From an uncultured Chloroflexia bacterium (GTDB taxonomy: Bacteria > Chloroflexota > Limnocylindria > QHBO01): a stretch of 64,000 bases of DNA. Location of the stretch: NCBI GenBank assembly GCA_963814375.1, contig CAWFCQ010000004.1:160001-224000 (forward strand), read 5' to 3'. How positions within the stretch are numbered: position 1 is the first letter of the stretch; the number at the start of each line of letters is the position of its first letter. Under the pieces are notes generated by a model. It was not told the DNA's origin and did no database searches. It was given only the letters and a program-made list of their open reading frames with translations. This document shows positions 47,954 through 57,123 of this stretch, piece by piece. The position numbers and the translations under genes are program-made.

Positions 47954-50158
47954 TCATTGGTCGCCCCATCGCTCACGCAGGTAGGCGATCAGGTCCGACC
48001 TCTCGTCCGGCGTCAGCATTCCGGCGAACGCCGGCATCGGCGTGCCGGCCACGCCGGTGGCGATACGGTACGACAGCGCGGCGTCGGAGGTCGTGGGGAT
48101 CACCTGGGCCAATGGCGCCGGGGCCGGCAGGACCGACACCGGACCGTGCCCGTCGCCATCGGTCCCGTGGCAGCTGGCGCAGTTCGCCTGGTACAGAGCC
48201 CGGCCCGCGGACGCATCGCCCCTCGTCGCTGACGAGCCGGCCAGGGCATCGGCCGGTGGAGCGTTGGCGGCGGTGATGAGGGCACGGGAGCCCGTCGCCG
48301 CGACAACCAGGAGCAGCAGTGCGGCCGCCGCCCCGCGCGCGACCGATCGCCCAAGAGAGGGGCGGAGGCGGCCCAGGACGAACAGCGCCGCCGCTGCGAT
48401 GACGGCCACGAGGAGGCCGGCTGGGCCTGCCGGCAGGAGGCTCCACGTGGCGCCGAGCAGTCCCGGGACACCGATCCCGGTGTCCGCGGGTGGGGCGAGC
48501 TCGCCGCCGCCCGGATCGGCTACCGGAAGGTCGTAGGAGAGGGTGGCATCGGCGATGCCCTGCCGCCCGATGACGACATCGATGTGCCAATCGCCGACGA
48601 CCGGCGTGTGCGCCCCCGCCGTCGCCCACACCTCGGCCTCGGGGTCGCGCTCGAGCTCGACGCGCTCGCGCGGCAGGTCGCTCCCTGTCGGTGGGTCGAA
48701 GGCCAGGATGACGCGCTCGAGATCGGCGGCAGGCTCACCCGACGCGTCCCGCACCGTGACCCGATACGACTGCCTTCCCGGCGCGGGCAGGCTGACGGCG
48801 AGGTGCACGCGATCGCCGTCGAGGACGTCGAAGAAATGCGCCGGTCGCACGGCCGATGCGGTCCGGGTGTCCTGTCGGGCGGCAGCGGGCTGGATCGTGA
48901 CCATGGTCGCCGCGACTCCGACGGCCAGCAGCCCGACCGCGAGCTCCGCGCCGATCAGCCCGGCGCGGGCGGTCCTGCGCCGCCCGCGGAGCGCGAGATG
49001 GTTGACCGCACCGATGCCGAGCGCGACGCTGACAAGAATGGCCTTGGCCAGGAGGAGGTTTCCGTACTCGCTCCCGACGAGGTCCCGGGATCGGCCCAGC
49101 ACGAGCGGGGAGTTCGCGATCCCGGTCAGGATGACGAGCGGCGCAGCGACGAGGGCGAGGGATCCGTGGCGTCGGAGGATGTCGCCGAGCAGGCTGCGGC
49201 GACCTGACGCCGCGCGGCCGGCAAGGACGATGGCGGCGGGCAGTCCCCCGAGCCAGGCCGCAACCGCGATGAGGTGAAGAAAGTCGAGCGCCGCGAAGCC
49301 GGGCCCGCCGACCGCGGCCACGTGGCCCGCTGCGCTCATGCCGGCAGCAGCGACACCGAGGAGGAGGCCGGTGACGAGCGGCGCCCGCGCGCTCCACCCG
49401 CGCCGGTGAGCGAACGCCGAGGTTGCGGCGGCTGCCAGGGCCCCAAGAAAGGCAACGCGCGTCGCGACCGCGAATGGCGTCCATCCCAGTGCCGCCGGAT
49501 CCGCGCCGGTGCCTGATCGCGACCCCAAGGCCAGGTACGCTGCCATGCCGATGGCCGTCGCGAGTGCTGTGCCTCCCACCAGCGGCCAGGGAGGGCCATG
49601 TTCGAGGCCGGGTCGCAGCGCGAGGACCGGTCGGCCGGCCGTCGCCCACAGGATGAGGCTGCCGAGCGAGACGAGAAGGGCCGCCAACGTGAGCCAGCGG
49701 GCGGCGATCGTCAGCCCATCGACCGATGGGGATGTCGAGCTTGCCGTGTCGGCCGGCGGAGGTGCCGCCCCGGAAGGGTCGACGAGAAAGGCGAAGACAC
49801 CCTCGGTGACATGGCCGTCGACGGTCGAGACGACCCGGTAGGAGACCGTGTAGATCCCGCTCGCCAGGTCAGGCAGCGCTGCGATGAGCGCCCGATCGCC
49901 CTCGACCTGCGCCTGGCCGACTCCCGCGACCGGCAGTGATCGCGCGTCGAGGAGCTCGATGTGCGCCGAGCCCGGGTCGATCGCCTCGGTGAAGAGCAGC
50001 GTCAGGCGCTCGGGTGCCGCGACGACGGAGCTGTTCGGCTCCGGGGTGGATCCCACCAGCTCTGCGTGGGCGAGCGATGTTCGTGGCGTGGCGGCCAGTG
50101 CGAGAACGACGGCGACGATCGGGAGCAGAGGCCGGAATCGGCGACGAGATCGGGACAC
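47954..50158 (-). CDS. CopC-CopD fusion with Ig-like domain and C-terminal c-type cytochrome
   Basis: SLA-HAELVGSTP, YRVVSTVDGH (CopC); GH, LHLIAVAAWLGG, YGNLLLAK (CopD); YQANCASCHG..MPAF (cyt c); GGAGG RBS. Confidence 0.85.
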   Translation of the reverse strand: MSRSRRRFRPLLPIVAVVLALAATPRTSLAHAELVGSTPEPNSSVVAAPERLTLLFTEAIDPGSAHIELLDARSLPVAGVGQAQVEGDRALIAALPDLASGIYTVSYRVVSTVDGHVTEGVFAFLVDPSGAAPPPADTASSTSPSVDGLTIAARWLTLAALLVSLGSLILWATAGRPVLALRPGLEHGPPWPLVGGTALATAIGMAAYLALGSRSGTGADPAALGWTPFAVATRVAFLGALAAAATSAFAHRRGWSARAPLVTGLLLGVAAAGMSAAGHVAAVGGPGFAALDFLHLIAVAAWLGGLPAAIVLAGRAASGRRSLLGDILRRHGSLALVAAPLVILTGIANSPLVLGRSRDLVGSEYGNLLLAKAILVSVALGIGAVNHLALRGRRRTARAGLIGAELAVGLLAVGVAATMVTIQPAAARQDTRTASAVRPAHFFDVLDGDRVHLAVSLPAPGRQSYRVTVRDASGEPAADLERVILAFDPPTGSDLPRERVELERDPEAEVWATAGAHTPVVGDWHIDVVIGRQGIADATLSYDLPVADPGGGELAPPADTGIGVPGLLGATWSLLPAGPAGLLVAVIAAAALFVLGRLRPSLGRSVARGAAAALLLLVVAATGSRALITAANAPPADALAGSSATRGDASAGRALYQANCASCHGTDGDGHGPVSVLPAPAPLAQVIPTTSDAALSYRIATGVAGTPMPAFAGMLTPDERSDLIAYLRERWGDQ

Positions 50159-50313
50159 GCAACCTCCGCGAGCGCGGCGAGACCACGATCGTGGTGACGG
50201 GGCCGGGCTGAGTATACGGATGGCGTTCGGCAGGAGGAGCACGAAGTGCGGCCCGCGCGGTGGCGTGCGGCTTGCATCGGCAGGACGCATAAGACATCCC
50301 ATGGAGGATCCAG

Positions 50314-50778
50314 ATGGCCTCGGTTATCGAGAGCGTTGATGTAAAGGTGCCGGTCGGCACGGCCTATGACCAGTGGACGCAGTTCGAGGACTTTCCAAGC
50401 TTCATGGAGGGAGTGAAGTCGGTGACCCAAACCGATGACACGCACCTTCGCTGGGTGGCGGAGATCGGCGGCGTCGAGAAGGAATGGGACGCCGAGATCA
50501 CCGAGCAGCACCGCGACGAGCGCGTGGCATGGCGTGCGACCGCCGGCGCCGAGAACGCGGGAGTGGTCACCTTCCACCGCCTTGACGACGAGACGACGCG
50601 GGTTACGCTCCAGTTGGACGTCGATCCGGAGGGAGTCGTGGAGGGTGTCGGCACGGCGCTCGGGTTCCTCGATCGCCGCGTGAAGGGCGACCTCGAGCGG
50701 TTCAAGGAGTTCATCGAGGCGCGTGGCTCGGCCACGGGCGGATGGACGGGCGAAGTCGAGGCGCCGGCCCAACGATGA
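50314..50778 (+). CDS. SRPBCC family (polyketide cyclase-like) protein
   Basis: AYDQWTQFEDFPSFMEGV, WDAEITEQ, GDLERFKEFIE. Confidence 0.9.
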   Translation: MASVIESVDVKVPVGTAYDQWTQFEDFPSFMEGVKSVTQTDDTHLRWVAEIGGVEKEWDAEITEQHRDERVAWRATAGAENAGVVTFHRLDDETTRVTLQLDVDPEGVVEGVGTALGFLDRRVKGDLERFKEFIEARGSATGGWTGEVEAPAQR

Positions 50779-51026
50779 ATGATCGAGCGTCCTCCGGTGG
50801 CGGCCTCACCGGCGCCACCGGCGACCTCACGCCGGACGAGGCGCAGCGCGAGTTCGAGCCGGGTGAGTTGCGCGAGGTGTCAGATCCGCTTCATCGCGCC
50901 GACGTCACCCAGGCGCAGGCCGCGCACTCATCCGAGCACGCGGACGTGACGGGGACGCATGGTGGCGCCGATCGCGATCCTCGCATCGGCGGCGATGAGA
51001 GCGCCGATCACGAGGACCACCTCTAG
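50775..51026 (+). CDS. Small acidic hypothetical protein
   Basis: ATG overlaps the upstream TGA; 83 aa, hydrophilic. Confidence 0.5.
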   Translation: MNDRASSGGGLTGATGDLTPDEAQREFEPGELREVSDPLHRADVTQAQAAHSSEHADVTGTHGGADRDPRIGGDESADHEDHL

Positions 51027-51032
51027 GCGGTC

Positions 51033-51284
51033 TCAGCCAACCGGCTGCTTGACGTTGCTGTCCTCGTCGACCTCGATCCCGAATCGCTCCGCCGCCTTCA
51101 GGATCTTCTTCCGTGCGTCGTCCTTGGCAGTGTCGCTCTGGAAGTCGGTCTGGTTGAAGCGCGCGATCGCGTTTCGCACGTGTGACTCATCGTTGATCGG
51201 CAAATGCTCGCCACCGTCACGATCGACGTACGCGAACTGATCCTTGCGCAGGTCGTCGCGGTCCTTCGAGTCGAGCTCAGCCAT
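51033..51284 (-). CDS. DUF6582-like small protein
   Basis: RDDLRKDQFAY..LPINDESHVRNAIARFNQ..ARKKILKAAERFGI; GGAGGAG RBS. Confidence 0.75.
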   Translation of the reverse strand: MAELDSKDRDDLRKDQFAYVDRDGGEHLPINDESHVRNAIARFNQTDFQSDTAKDDARKKILKAAERFGIEVDEDSNVKQPVG

Positions 51285-51347
51285 GGGGTCTCCTCCCATT
51301 AGTTTGGCGAGGACAGATGTGGCACGTGGCGTGCCTGATGGCGGGCG

Positions 51348-52079
51348 ATGACGGAGCCAATCCGCATCGGCACCTCCGGTTGGGAGTACGACCACTGGGC
51401 GGGATCCTTCTATCCGGAAGGCCTGCCGCATACCCGATGGCTCGAGCACTACGCCGAGCACTTCGATACGGTTGAGCTCAACAATTCGTTCTACCGATTG
51501 CCTGCGGCCGACACGTTCCGCACCTGGTCCGGGCGCGTTCCCGACGCCTTTACCTTCGCGGTGAAAGCGAGCCGCTACCTGACGCACATAAAGCGGCTGC
51601 GCGATCCGGAGGAGCCCCTTCACCGGCTCTGGACTCGCGCGCGACGGCTCGGCGATCGGCTCGGCCCGGTTCTGTACCAGCTGCCCCCGCGATGGACGCC
51701 GGATCCCGGCCGGCTGCAGGCATTCCTTGCGGCGCTGCCCACCGGGCCGCAGGCAATCGAGTTTCGCGACCGGCGCTGGTATGTCCCTGATGTTCTCGGG
51801 GCCGTCGAGCGGGCATCGGTGGCGCTATGCCTTCACGACATGCCGGGATCGGCCACTGCGCCCAGCGCCGTCGGCCCGTTCGTCTATGTCCGTTTTCACG
51901 GATCGGGAGCGACGTACGGTGGTCGCTATTCCTCGCAGCGTCTCAGCGGCTGGGCGGATCGCATGTCCGGCTGGGCTGCCGAAGGGCTGCCGGTGTGGGC
52001 GTACTTCAACAACGACATCGGCGGTCATGCCTTCCGCGACGCCGTCCGCCTGCGCGATATGGTCGAGCGTCGCACCTAA
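51348..52079 (+). CDS. DUF72 domain protein
   Basis: IGTSGW, FDTVELNNSFYRLP, KASRYLTH, LYQLPP, YVRFHG, YFNND. Confidence 0.93.
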   Translation: MTEPIRIGTSGWEYDHWAGSFYPEGLPHTRWLEHYAEHFDTVELNNSFYRLPAADTFRTWSGRVPDAFTFAVKASRYLTHIKRLRDPEEPLHRLWTRARRLGDRLGPVLYQLPPRWTPDPGRLQAFLAALPTGPQAIEFRDRRWYVPDVLGAVERASVALCLHDMPGSATAPSAVGPFVYVRFHGSGATYGGRYSSQRLSGWADRMSGWAAEGLPVWAYFNNDIGGHAFRDAVRLRDMVERRT

Positions 52080-52145
52080 GCCCTCGAATCACGTTGACAG
52101 GCAAGCGCTCGGTCGGTCGGCACGCCACTTGCGAAGGGCGCCGGC

Positions 52146-53147
52146 GTGACGACCGCTACGACCGCACCGACACCACCGGCCGCTCCAGTCGGCGGACGCC
52201 CGATTATCAGCGCGCGCGAGATGACGCGGGTCTTCGACGGCCGTGCCGCGGTCGACGAGCTCTCCTTCGATGTGATGCCTGGGACGATCCTTGGGCTCGT
52301 GGGCCCGAGCGGCTCCGGCAAGACGACGACCGTGCGGATGCTGACCGGCACGCTCAGCGCGACATCGGGCGTCGTCCGCGTGCTCGACGAGGAGCCGATG
52401 CGCTTCAGCCGTCATACGCGCGGTCGGATCGCGTACATGCCGCAGCTGTTCAGCCTGTACGAGGACCTCACGGCGAGCGAGAACGTTGGGTTCGTCGCGT
52501 CGCTGTACGGCATCGGCCCCTTCGGTCGCGGCAGCCGAATCCGGCACGCCCTGGACGTGGTCGACCTGTCCGATGCCCGCGACCGTCTCGCGCGCGACCT
52601 CTCCGGCGGCATGCAGCGACGACTCGAGCTCGCGTGTGCCCTGGTCCATGATCCCGACGTCCTCTTCGTCGACGAGCCGACGGCCGGGATCGACCCGCTG
52701 CTGCGCCAGTCGATCTGGGACGAGCTGCGCCGGCTTCGCGACGAGGGCCGCACGCTCCTCGTCACGACCCAGTACGTCTCCGAGGCCGAGTACTGCGATC
52801 ACGTGGCACTCATCGTCGATGGCCAGCTCGTCGCCCTCGACACACCGGAGGCATTGCGTCAAATGGTCTTCGGCGGCGACGTCCTCCAGGTCGACACGAC
52901 CCGCGCGGTCGACCCGGAGACCCTCGCCAACGTCGCCGGCGTCGAGAACGTCCGCCAGACCTCGCCCCGGCAGCTGATGGTCACCGCCGCCGACGCGTCG
53001 ACCACGACGACCGGCATCATCGACGCGCTCCGAGCGGGCGGCGTCGACGTCGCCAGCATCGAGGAGCACCAGCCGACCTTCGACGAGGTCTTCACCGCGC
53101 TCGTCGAGCGCCGGAGGGCCAAAGCGCCGGACGAGCTCGATGCGTAG
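52146..53147 (+). CDS. ABC exporter ATP-binding protein
   Basis: GPSGSGKTT, LSGGMQRR, FVDEPTAGIDP. Confidence 0.93.
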   Translation: MTTATTAPTPPAAPVGGRPIISAREMTRVFDGRAAVDELSFDVMPGTILGLVGPSGSGKTTTVRMLTGTLSATSGVVRVLDEEPMRFSRHTRGRIAYMPQLFSLYEDLTASENVGFVASLYGIGPFGRGSRIRHALDVVDLSDARDRLARDLSGGMQRRLELACALVHDPDVLFVDEPTAGIDPLLRQSIWDELRRLRDEGRTLLVTTQYVSEAEYCDHVALIVDGQLVALDTPEALRQMVFGGDVLQVDTTRAVDPETLANVAGVENVRQTSPRQLMVTAADASTTTTGIIDALRAGGVDVASIEEHQPTFDEVFTALVERRRAKAPDELDA

Positions 53148-54336
53148 CATCGGTCACAGCCTCGTCCGCATCGGCTCCTTCATGGGCAAGGAGCTGCGCG
53201 AGGTGGTTCGGCGACCGGGCATCCTGGTCAGCCTCATCGTCGGGCCGTTCCTGATCATGCTGATCTTCGGGCTCGGCTACTCGGGCTATCGCGATCCGTT
53301 CGTGACCGAGATCGTGATACCCGAGGGGAGCGGCCTGCCGACCGACCCGGAGTCTTACGCCGCGCTCGCGCCCGGCCGGCTCGACGTTCGCGCCGTCGGG
53401 ACCGATGCGGCGGCCGCCGAGGCGCGTCTCGTGGCGCGCGAGATCGATCTCGTCATCGTGGCGCCCGAGAACGCCGGCGCCGAGCTGCGCAGCGGCCGGC
53501 AAACGACCATCGGCGTCCTCTGGAACCAGGTGGACCCGGTCTACGACCAGCTGGCTGGGCTCGCGACCTCGATCCTCGTGAGCAGCCTCAACGCGGAGAT
53601 TGTCGAGATTGCGGCTGCCGAGGGGATCTCGCTCGCCGCCGGCGAGCTCGGCCCGGCGGTCGAGAACGTTCCGCCGGAGGTCATCGCCCGCCCCACCACG
53701 GCTGAGACCGAGAACGTGGCGCCGACCGAACCCAGCGTCATCAGCTTCTTCGGCCCGGCGGTCTTCGCGCTCGTCATCCAGCACCTGGCCATCACCCTCA
53801 CGGCGCTGTCGATGGTGCGCGAGCGACTGAGCGGCCAGATGGATCGGTATCGCGTGGCGCCGGTGACCTCGATGGAGCTGCTCGTGGGCAAGTACGTCGC
53901 GTACGCCGTCCTCAGCGTGGCGGTGACCGTGATCGTCGGCGCGCTGCTCGTCGGTGTCCTGGGGGTCCCGCTGCTGGGCGGCTGGCTGCCCTTCGCCGGG
54001 ATCGTGCTGCTCCTGACATTCGCCTCGCTCGGCGTCGGCCTGCTGATCTCGCTCATCGCCGACTCCGAGCGCCAGGCGGTGCAGCTGTCGATGCTCATCC
54101 TGCTCGCCAGCGTCTTCTTCTCCGGCTTCGTGCTCCCCGTATCCGACTTCGCCCCGTGGACGCAGTACCTGGCCTGGGCGCTGCCGGTCACCCACGGCAT
54201 CAGCCTCCTCCAGGACCTGATGCTGCGGGGCAGCATCGGGCAGACCTGGATGATCGGCGCGCTCGCGGCGATCGGGCTGATCCTGTACGTCGGGTCGCTC
54301 ATCCGGCTGCGGAGGATCCTGAGAAGCGCGGACTGA
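53140..54336 (+). CDS. ABC-2 type exporter permease
   Basis: KELREVVR, SMVRERLSG, GK, FFSGFVLP, LPVTH. Confidence 0.9.
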   Translation: MRSIGHSLVRIGSFMGKELREVVRRPGILVSLIVGPFLIMLIFGLGYSGYRDPFVTEIVIPEGSGLPTDPESYAALAPGRLDVRAVGTDAAAAEARLVAREIDLVIVAPENAGAELRSGRQTTIGVLWNQVDPVYDQLAGLATSILVSSLNAEIVEIAAAEGISLAAGELGPAVENVPPEVIARPTTAETENVAPTEPSVISFFGPAVFALVIQHLAITLTALSMVRERLSGQMDRYRVAPVTSMELLVGKYVAYAVLSVAVTVIVGALLVGVLGVPLLGGWLPFAGIVLLLTFASLGVGLLISLIADSERQAVQLSMLILLASVFFSGFVLPVSDFAPWTQYLAWALPVTHGISLLQDLMLRGSIGQTWMIGALAAIGLILYVGSLIRLRRILRSAD

Positions 54337-54342
54337 GCCGCC

Positions 54343-54960
54343 TCAGGCCGCGGTCGAGGCCCCCCGGTTCAGCATGGCCAGGCCGAGCAGGATCGAGCCG
54401 ACCGCCGGCACGGTGATCCACGCCAGCAGCAGGACCACGAAGAAGCGCAGCTGCGGCCCGCCGCCGGCGGCCTGCGTGTCCGCCTGGAGTGACTCGATCT
54501 CCTCCGCCAGAACCGTGAGCTCGTCCCCGATCTGCCCGACATCGGTGCGGGTGGCGTCCAGGGAGAAGGCAACCTCGTCGAGGGTGCCGGCCAGTGCCTC
54601 CGCCTGATCGGCCGTCGTCGCGAAGCTCGAGGCGAGCGGGAGCAGCGGCTGCGCTCCGAAGATCGAGATCTGCATGGCGCTCGCGAGGTCGTCGAGATTC
54701 TCGCCGGTGCTTGCCGCGAGGGCCGCTGCCTCCCGCGCCGACTCCTGCCCGCTCTCGAGGCTGGCATCGATGCTCTCGAAGCTATCGCCCGCGGCGCGCA
54801 GGCTGCTCGCCGCCGCCTCGATGGTGTCGTCCGCTGCAACCGTGAGCCGCTCGATGCGCTCGGCAACGCCAAGCCCGATCACCGCTCCGCTGATCACCAG
54901 GGCGACCCCGAGCACGCCATAGACGATCAGGCCCCAGGCGATCGAGCGGCGGCGAATCAC
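54343..54960 (-). CDS. Hypothetical membrane protein (TM, helical bundle, TM)
   Basis: GTG 54960; N- and C-terminal TM helices around a coiled-coil region. Confidence 0.65.
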   Translation of the reverse strand: MIRRRSIAWGLIVYGVLGVALVISGAVIGLGVAERIERLTVAADDTIEAAASSLRAAGDSFESIDASLESGQESAREAAALAASTGENLDDLASAMQISIFGAQPLLPLASSFATTADQAEALAGTLDEVAFSLDATRTDVGQIGDELTVLAEEIESLQADTQAAGGGPQLRFFVVLLLAWITVPAVGSILLGLAMLNRGASTAA

Positions 54961-54964
54961 GCAG

Positions 54965-55501
54965 TCAGTCTTCGGCGAAGAATGGGTCGTCGCCGTAGAG
55001 CTCGAGCCAGCGACGGCGCATCTGCCGGATGGTGGCCACCACTGCGCGCTCGCTCGTACCGGGCGGCAGGAGGCTGGCGATGGCGGCGCGCACCCGGTCG
55101 CTGCCCTCCATGCCGAGCAGGGCGAGGTAGTCGGCCACGCGCCGCGCGGGGCTCTTGCCGTGAGCGCGCTGCCGAACGAGCACATCCGCCTCGTGCTCCA
55201 GGGCGCCGTCGTAGTCGGCGTCGGTTCGATCCAGCTCGGCCAGCAGCAGCGGCACGTCCTCCAGGCGCGGGTCGGAGTAGGCCCAGCGCACGAAGCTGTC
55301 ATGGGGTCCATCGTCGCGGTCGTGGTGTCCCGCGTGGAACTGCTGGAGGTACTGGCGGCGTTCTGCCTCCGTGCGCGTCAATGCGATCTGCACCAATTGG
55401 CGCATCTCCGGCGTCCAGCGTCGAAGCGATTCGACGAATTGGCGCAGGCTGAGAGAGCCTGCCGGCTGAGGGCGAAATCGGTGCTCATGGACGTGCTGCA
55501 C
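54965..55501 (-). CDS. Hypothetical protein
   Basis: 178-aa ORF, TAGTAT box 9 nt upstream; no family recognised. Confidence 0.6.
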   Translation of the reverse strand: MQHVHEHRFRPQPAGSLSLRQFVESLRRWTPEMRQLVQIALTRTEAERRQYLQQFHAGHHDRDDGPHDSFVRWAYSDPRLEDVPLLLAELDRTDADYDGALEHEADVLVRQRAHGKSPARRVADYLALLGMEGSDRVRAAIASLLPPGTSERAVVATIRQMRRRWLELYGDDPFFAED

Positions 55502-55569
55502 GGCGACCGTATACTAGCCGCCGTGCGCCGACCCCTCCCCATAGGAACGTCCCTGAGACGGGGGGTCGC

Positions 55570-57123
55570 ATGCGGCGACTGACCCGGGTCGCGGCGGCGG
55601 TCGCGGCAGCCGTGATCGCACTCTCCCCGAGTATCTCCGGAGGCCCGACCGAGGCCGCAGGCCCACCCCTGCGCTACCTCGCCGGCCCGCCTGGAAGGCT
55701 CGACCCGGCTTACATCGCCGATGCGGCCGACGTCCAGCTGCTCCTTCAGCTTTACGCGGGCCTGACTCGTCTCGACGAGTCAGGTGAGCCCTACCCGTCG
55801 CTTGCCTCGGGATGGGAGATCAGCGACGACGGGCTGACCTACGATTTCGCGATCCGCGAGGGCCTGACCTTCAGCGACGGCACGCCGCTGGTGGCGGAGG
55901 ACGTTCGCCGCTCGTGGCTGCGGCTCCTCGATCCGGAGGCCGGCGCCACCGCGCCCGACGTGCTCAACGTGGTCGAGGGCGCATCCGAGCGGCTCGCCGG
56001 AGAGGTGGACGAGGAAGACGTCGGCATCGAGGCGCCCGACGACGCGACGCTCATCGTCCGTCTGCGCCACCCGGCCTCCTACTTCCTCGACATTGTCGCC
56101 ACGCCGGCGACGTTCGTCGTGCCACCCGGTGCGGACACGACGGACGGCTGGCAGACCGCCGACGCCTTCGTCGGTAGCGGCCCGTACGTGCTCGACGGAA
56201 CCGAGGGCACCGATCTTGTCCTGCGCGCCAACGACCGATACGTGGCGGGGCCGCCGTCGATCGACGAGATCCGCTGGATGAGCGTCATCGATGGCGACAC
56301 GGCGACCGCCTTCGAGGCCGGCCAGGTCGACCTCGCCCAGGTGCCCGGATGGGACGCCACCTGGATCGCCTACGACGCGTCACTCGGACCGCGGCTCAAC
56401 GCGGCAGAGCCGCTCACCGTGACGTACTTCGGCTTTGACACCACGCAGCCTCCGTTCGATGACGCACGGGTCCGGCGTGCCTTCGCGCTCGCGCTCGACC
56501 GGGAGCGGCTCGTCCCGCTGGCAGAGGGGGCGTCGTCCACCGCGGCTTCCAGCCTCGTGCCGCCGGCGATCTGGCCGGAGGGGTTCGAGCCCGAGATCGC
56601 CCACGATGCCGAGGAGGCCGCTCGGCTGCTCGACGAGGCGGGCTACGAAGATCGCTCCGATCTCGGGCCGATCGTCGTCAACGGCTCCGGCCTCGGGGTC
56701 GAGCCGGCGGTCGCCGTCTGGCGCGAGGTGCTCGGCGTCGAGGTCGAGATCGAGACGATGGAGTTCGGCGACTTCCTCACCGTTCTCGACACGCAGCCGC
56801 CGCAGCTCTTCACGATCAGCTGGATCGCCGACTACCCGTCGCCGCATTCGATCTACAGCCTCCTCCTCGAGCCCGGCGCAGTCAGCAACTACGGCGATTG
56901 GCGCGACGAGGAGTTCGCCGCCCTGCTCGAGGATGCGGCGCGCGCTCCCGAGGAGGAGGTCGGCGAGGCCTACGACGCCGTCGATGCATTTGTCGCCCAG
57001 GAGGCGCCCGTCATCCCGTGGGCCTACGGCGAGACATGGTGGCTGGTGGCGGACGGCCTGCGGGGGGTCGGCAACCTCACGATCGGGCTCCTGGACTTCG
57101 GCGGTGTCTCATGGGACGGCTGA
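55570..57123 (+). CDS. Peptide ABC transporter substrate-binding protein (SBP family 5), orphan
   Basis: Signal peptide, LDPA, LYAGL, LASGWEISDDGLTYDF, FSDGTP, GSGPY, RVRRAFALALDR, WIADYP. Confidence 0.88.
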   Translation: MRRLTRVAAAVAAAVIALSPSISGGPTEAAGPPLRYLAGPPGRLDPAYIADAADVQLLLQLYAGLTRLDESGEPYPSLASGWEISDDGLTYDFAIREGLTFSDGTPLVAEDVRRSWLRLLDPEAGATAPDVLNVVEGASERLAGEVDEEDVGIEAPDDATLIVRLRHPASYFLDIVATPATFVVPPGADTTDGWQTADAFVGSGPYVLDGTEGTDLVLRANDRYVAGPPSIDEIRWMSVIDGDTATAFEAGQVDLAQVPGWDATWIAYDASLGPRLNAAEPLTVTYFGFDTTQPPFDDARVRRAFALALDRERLVPLAEGASSTAASSLVPPAIWPEGFEPEIAHDAEEAARLLDEAGYEDRSDLGPIVVNGSGLGVEPAVAVWREVLGVEVEIETMEFGDFLTVLDTQPPQLFTISWIADYPSPHSIYSLLLEPGAVSNYGDWRDEEFAALLEDAARAPEEEVGEAYDAVDAFVAQEAPVIPWAYGETWWLVADGLRGVGNLTIGLLDFGGVSWDG

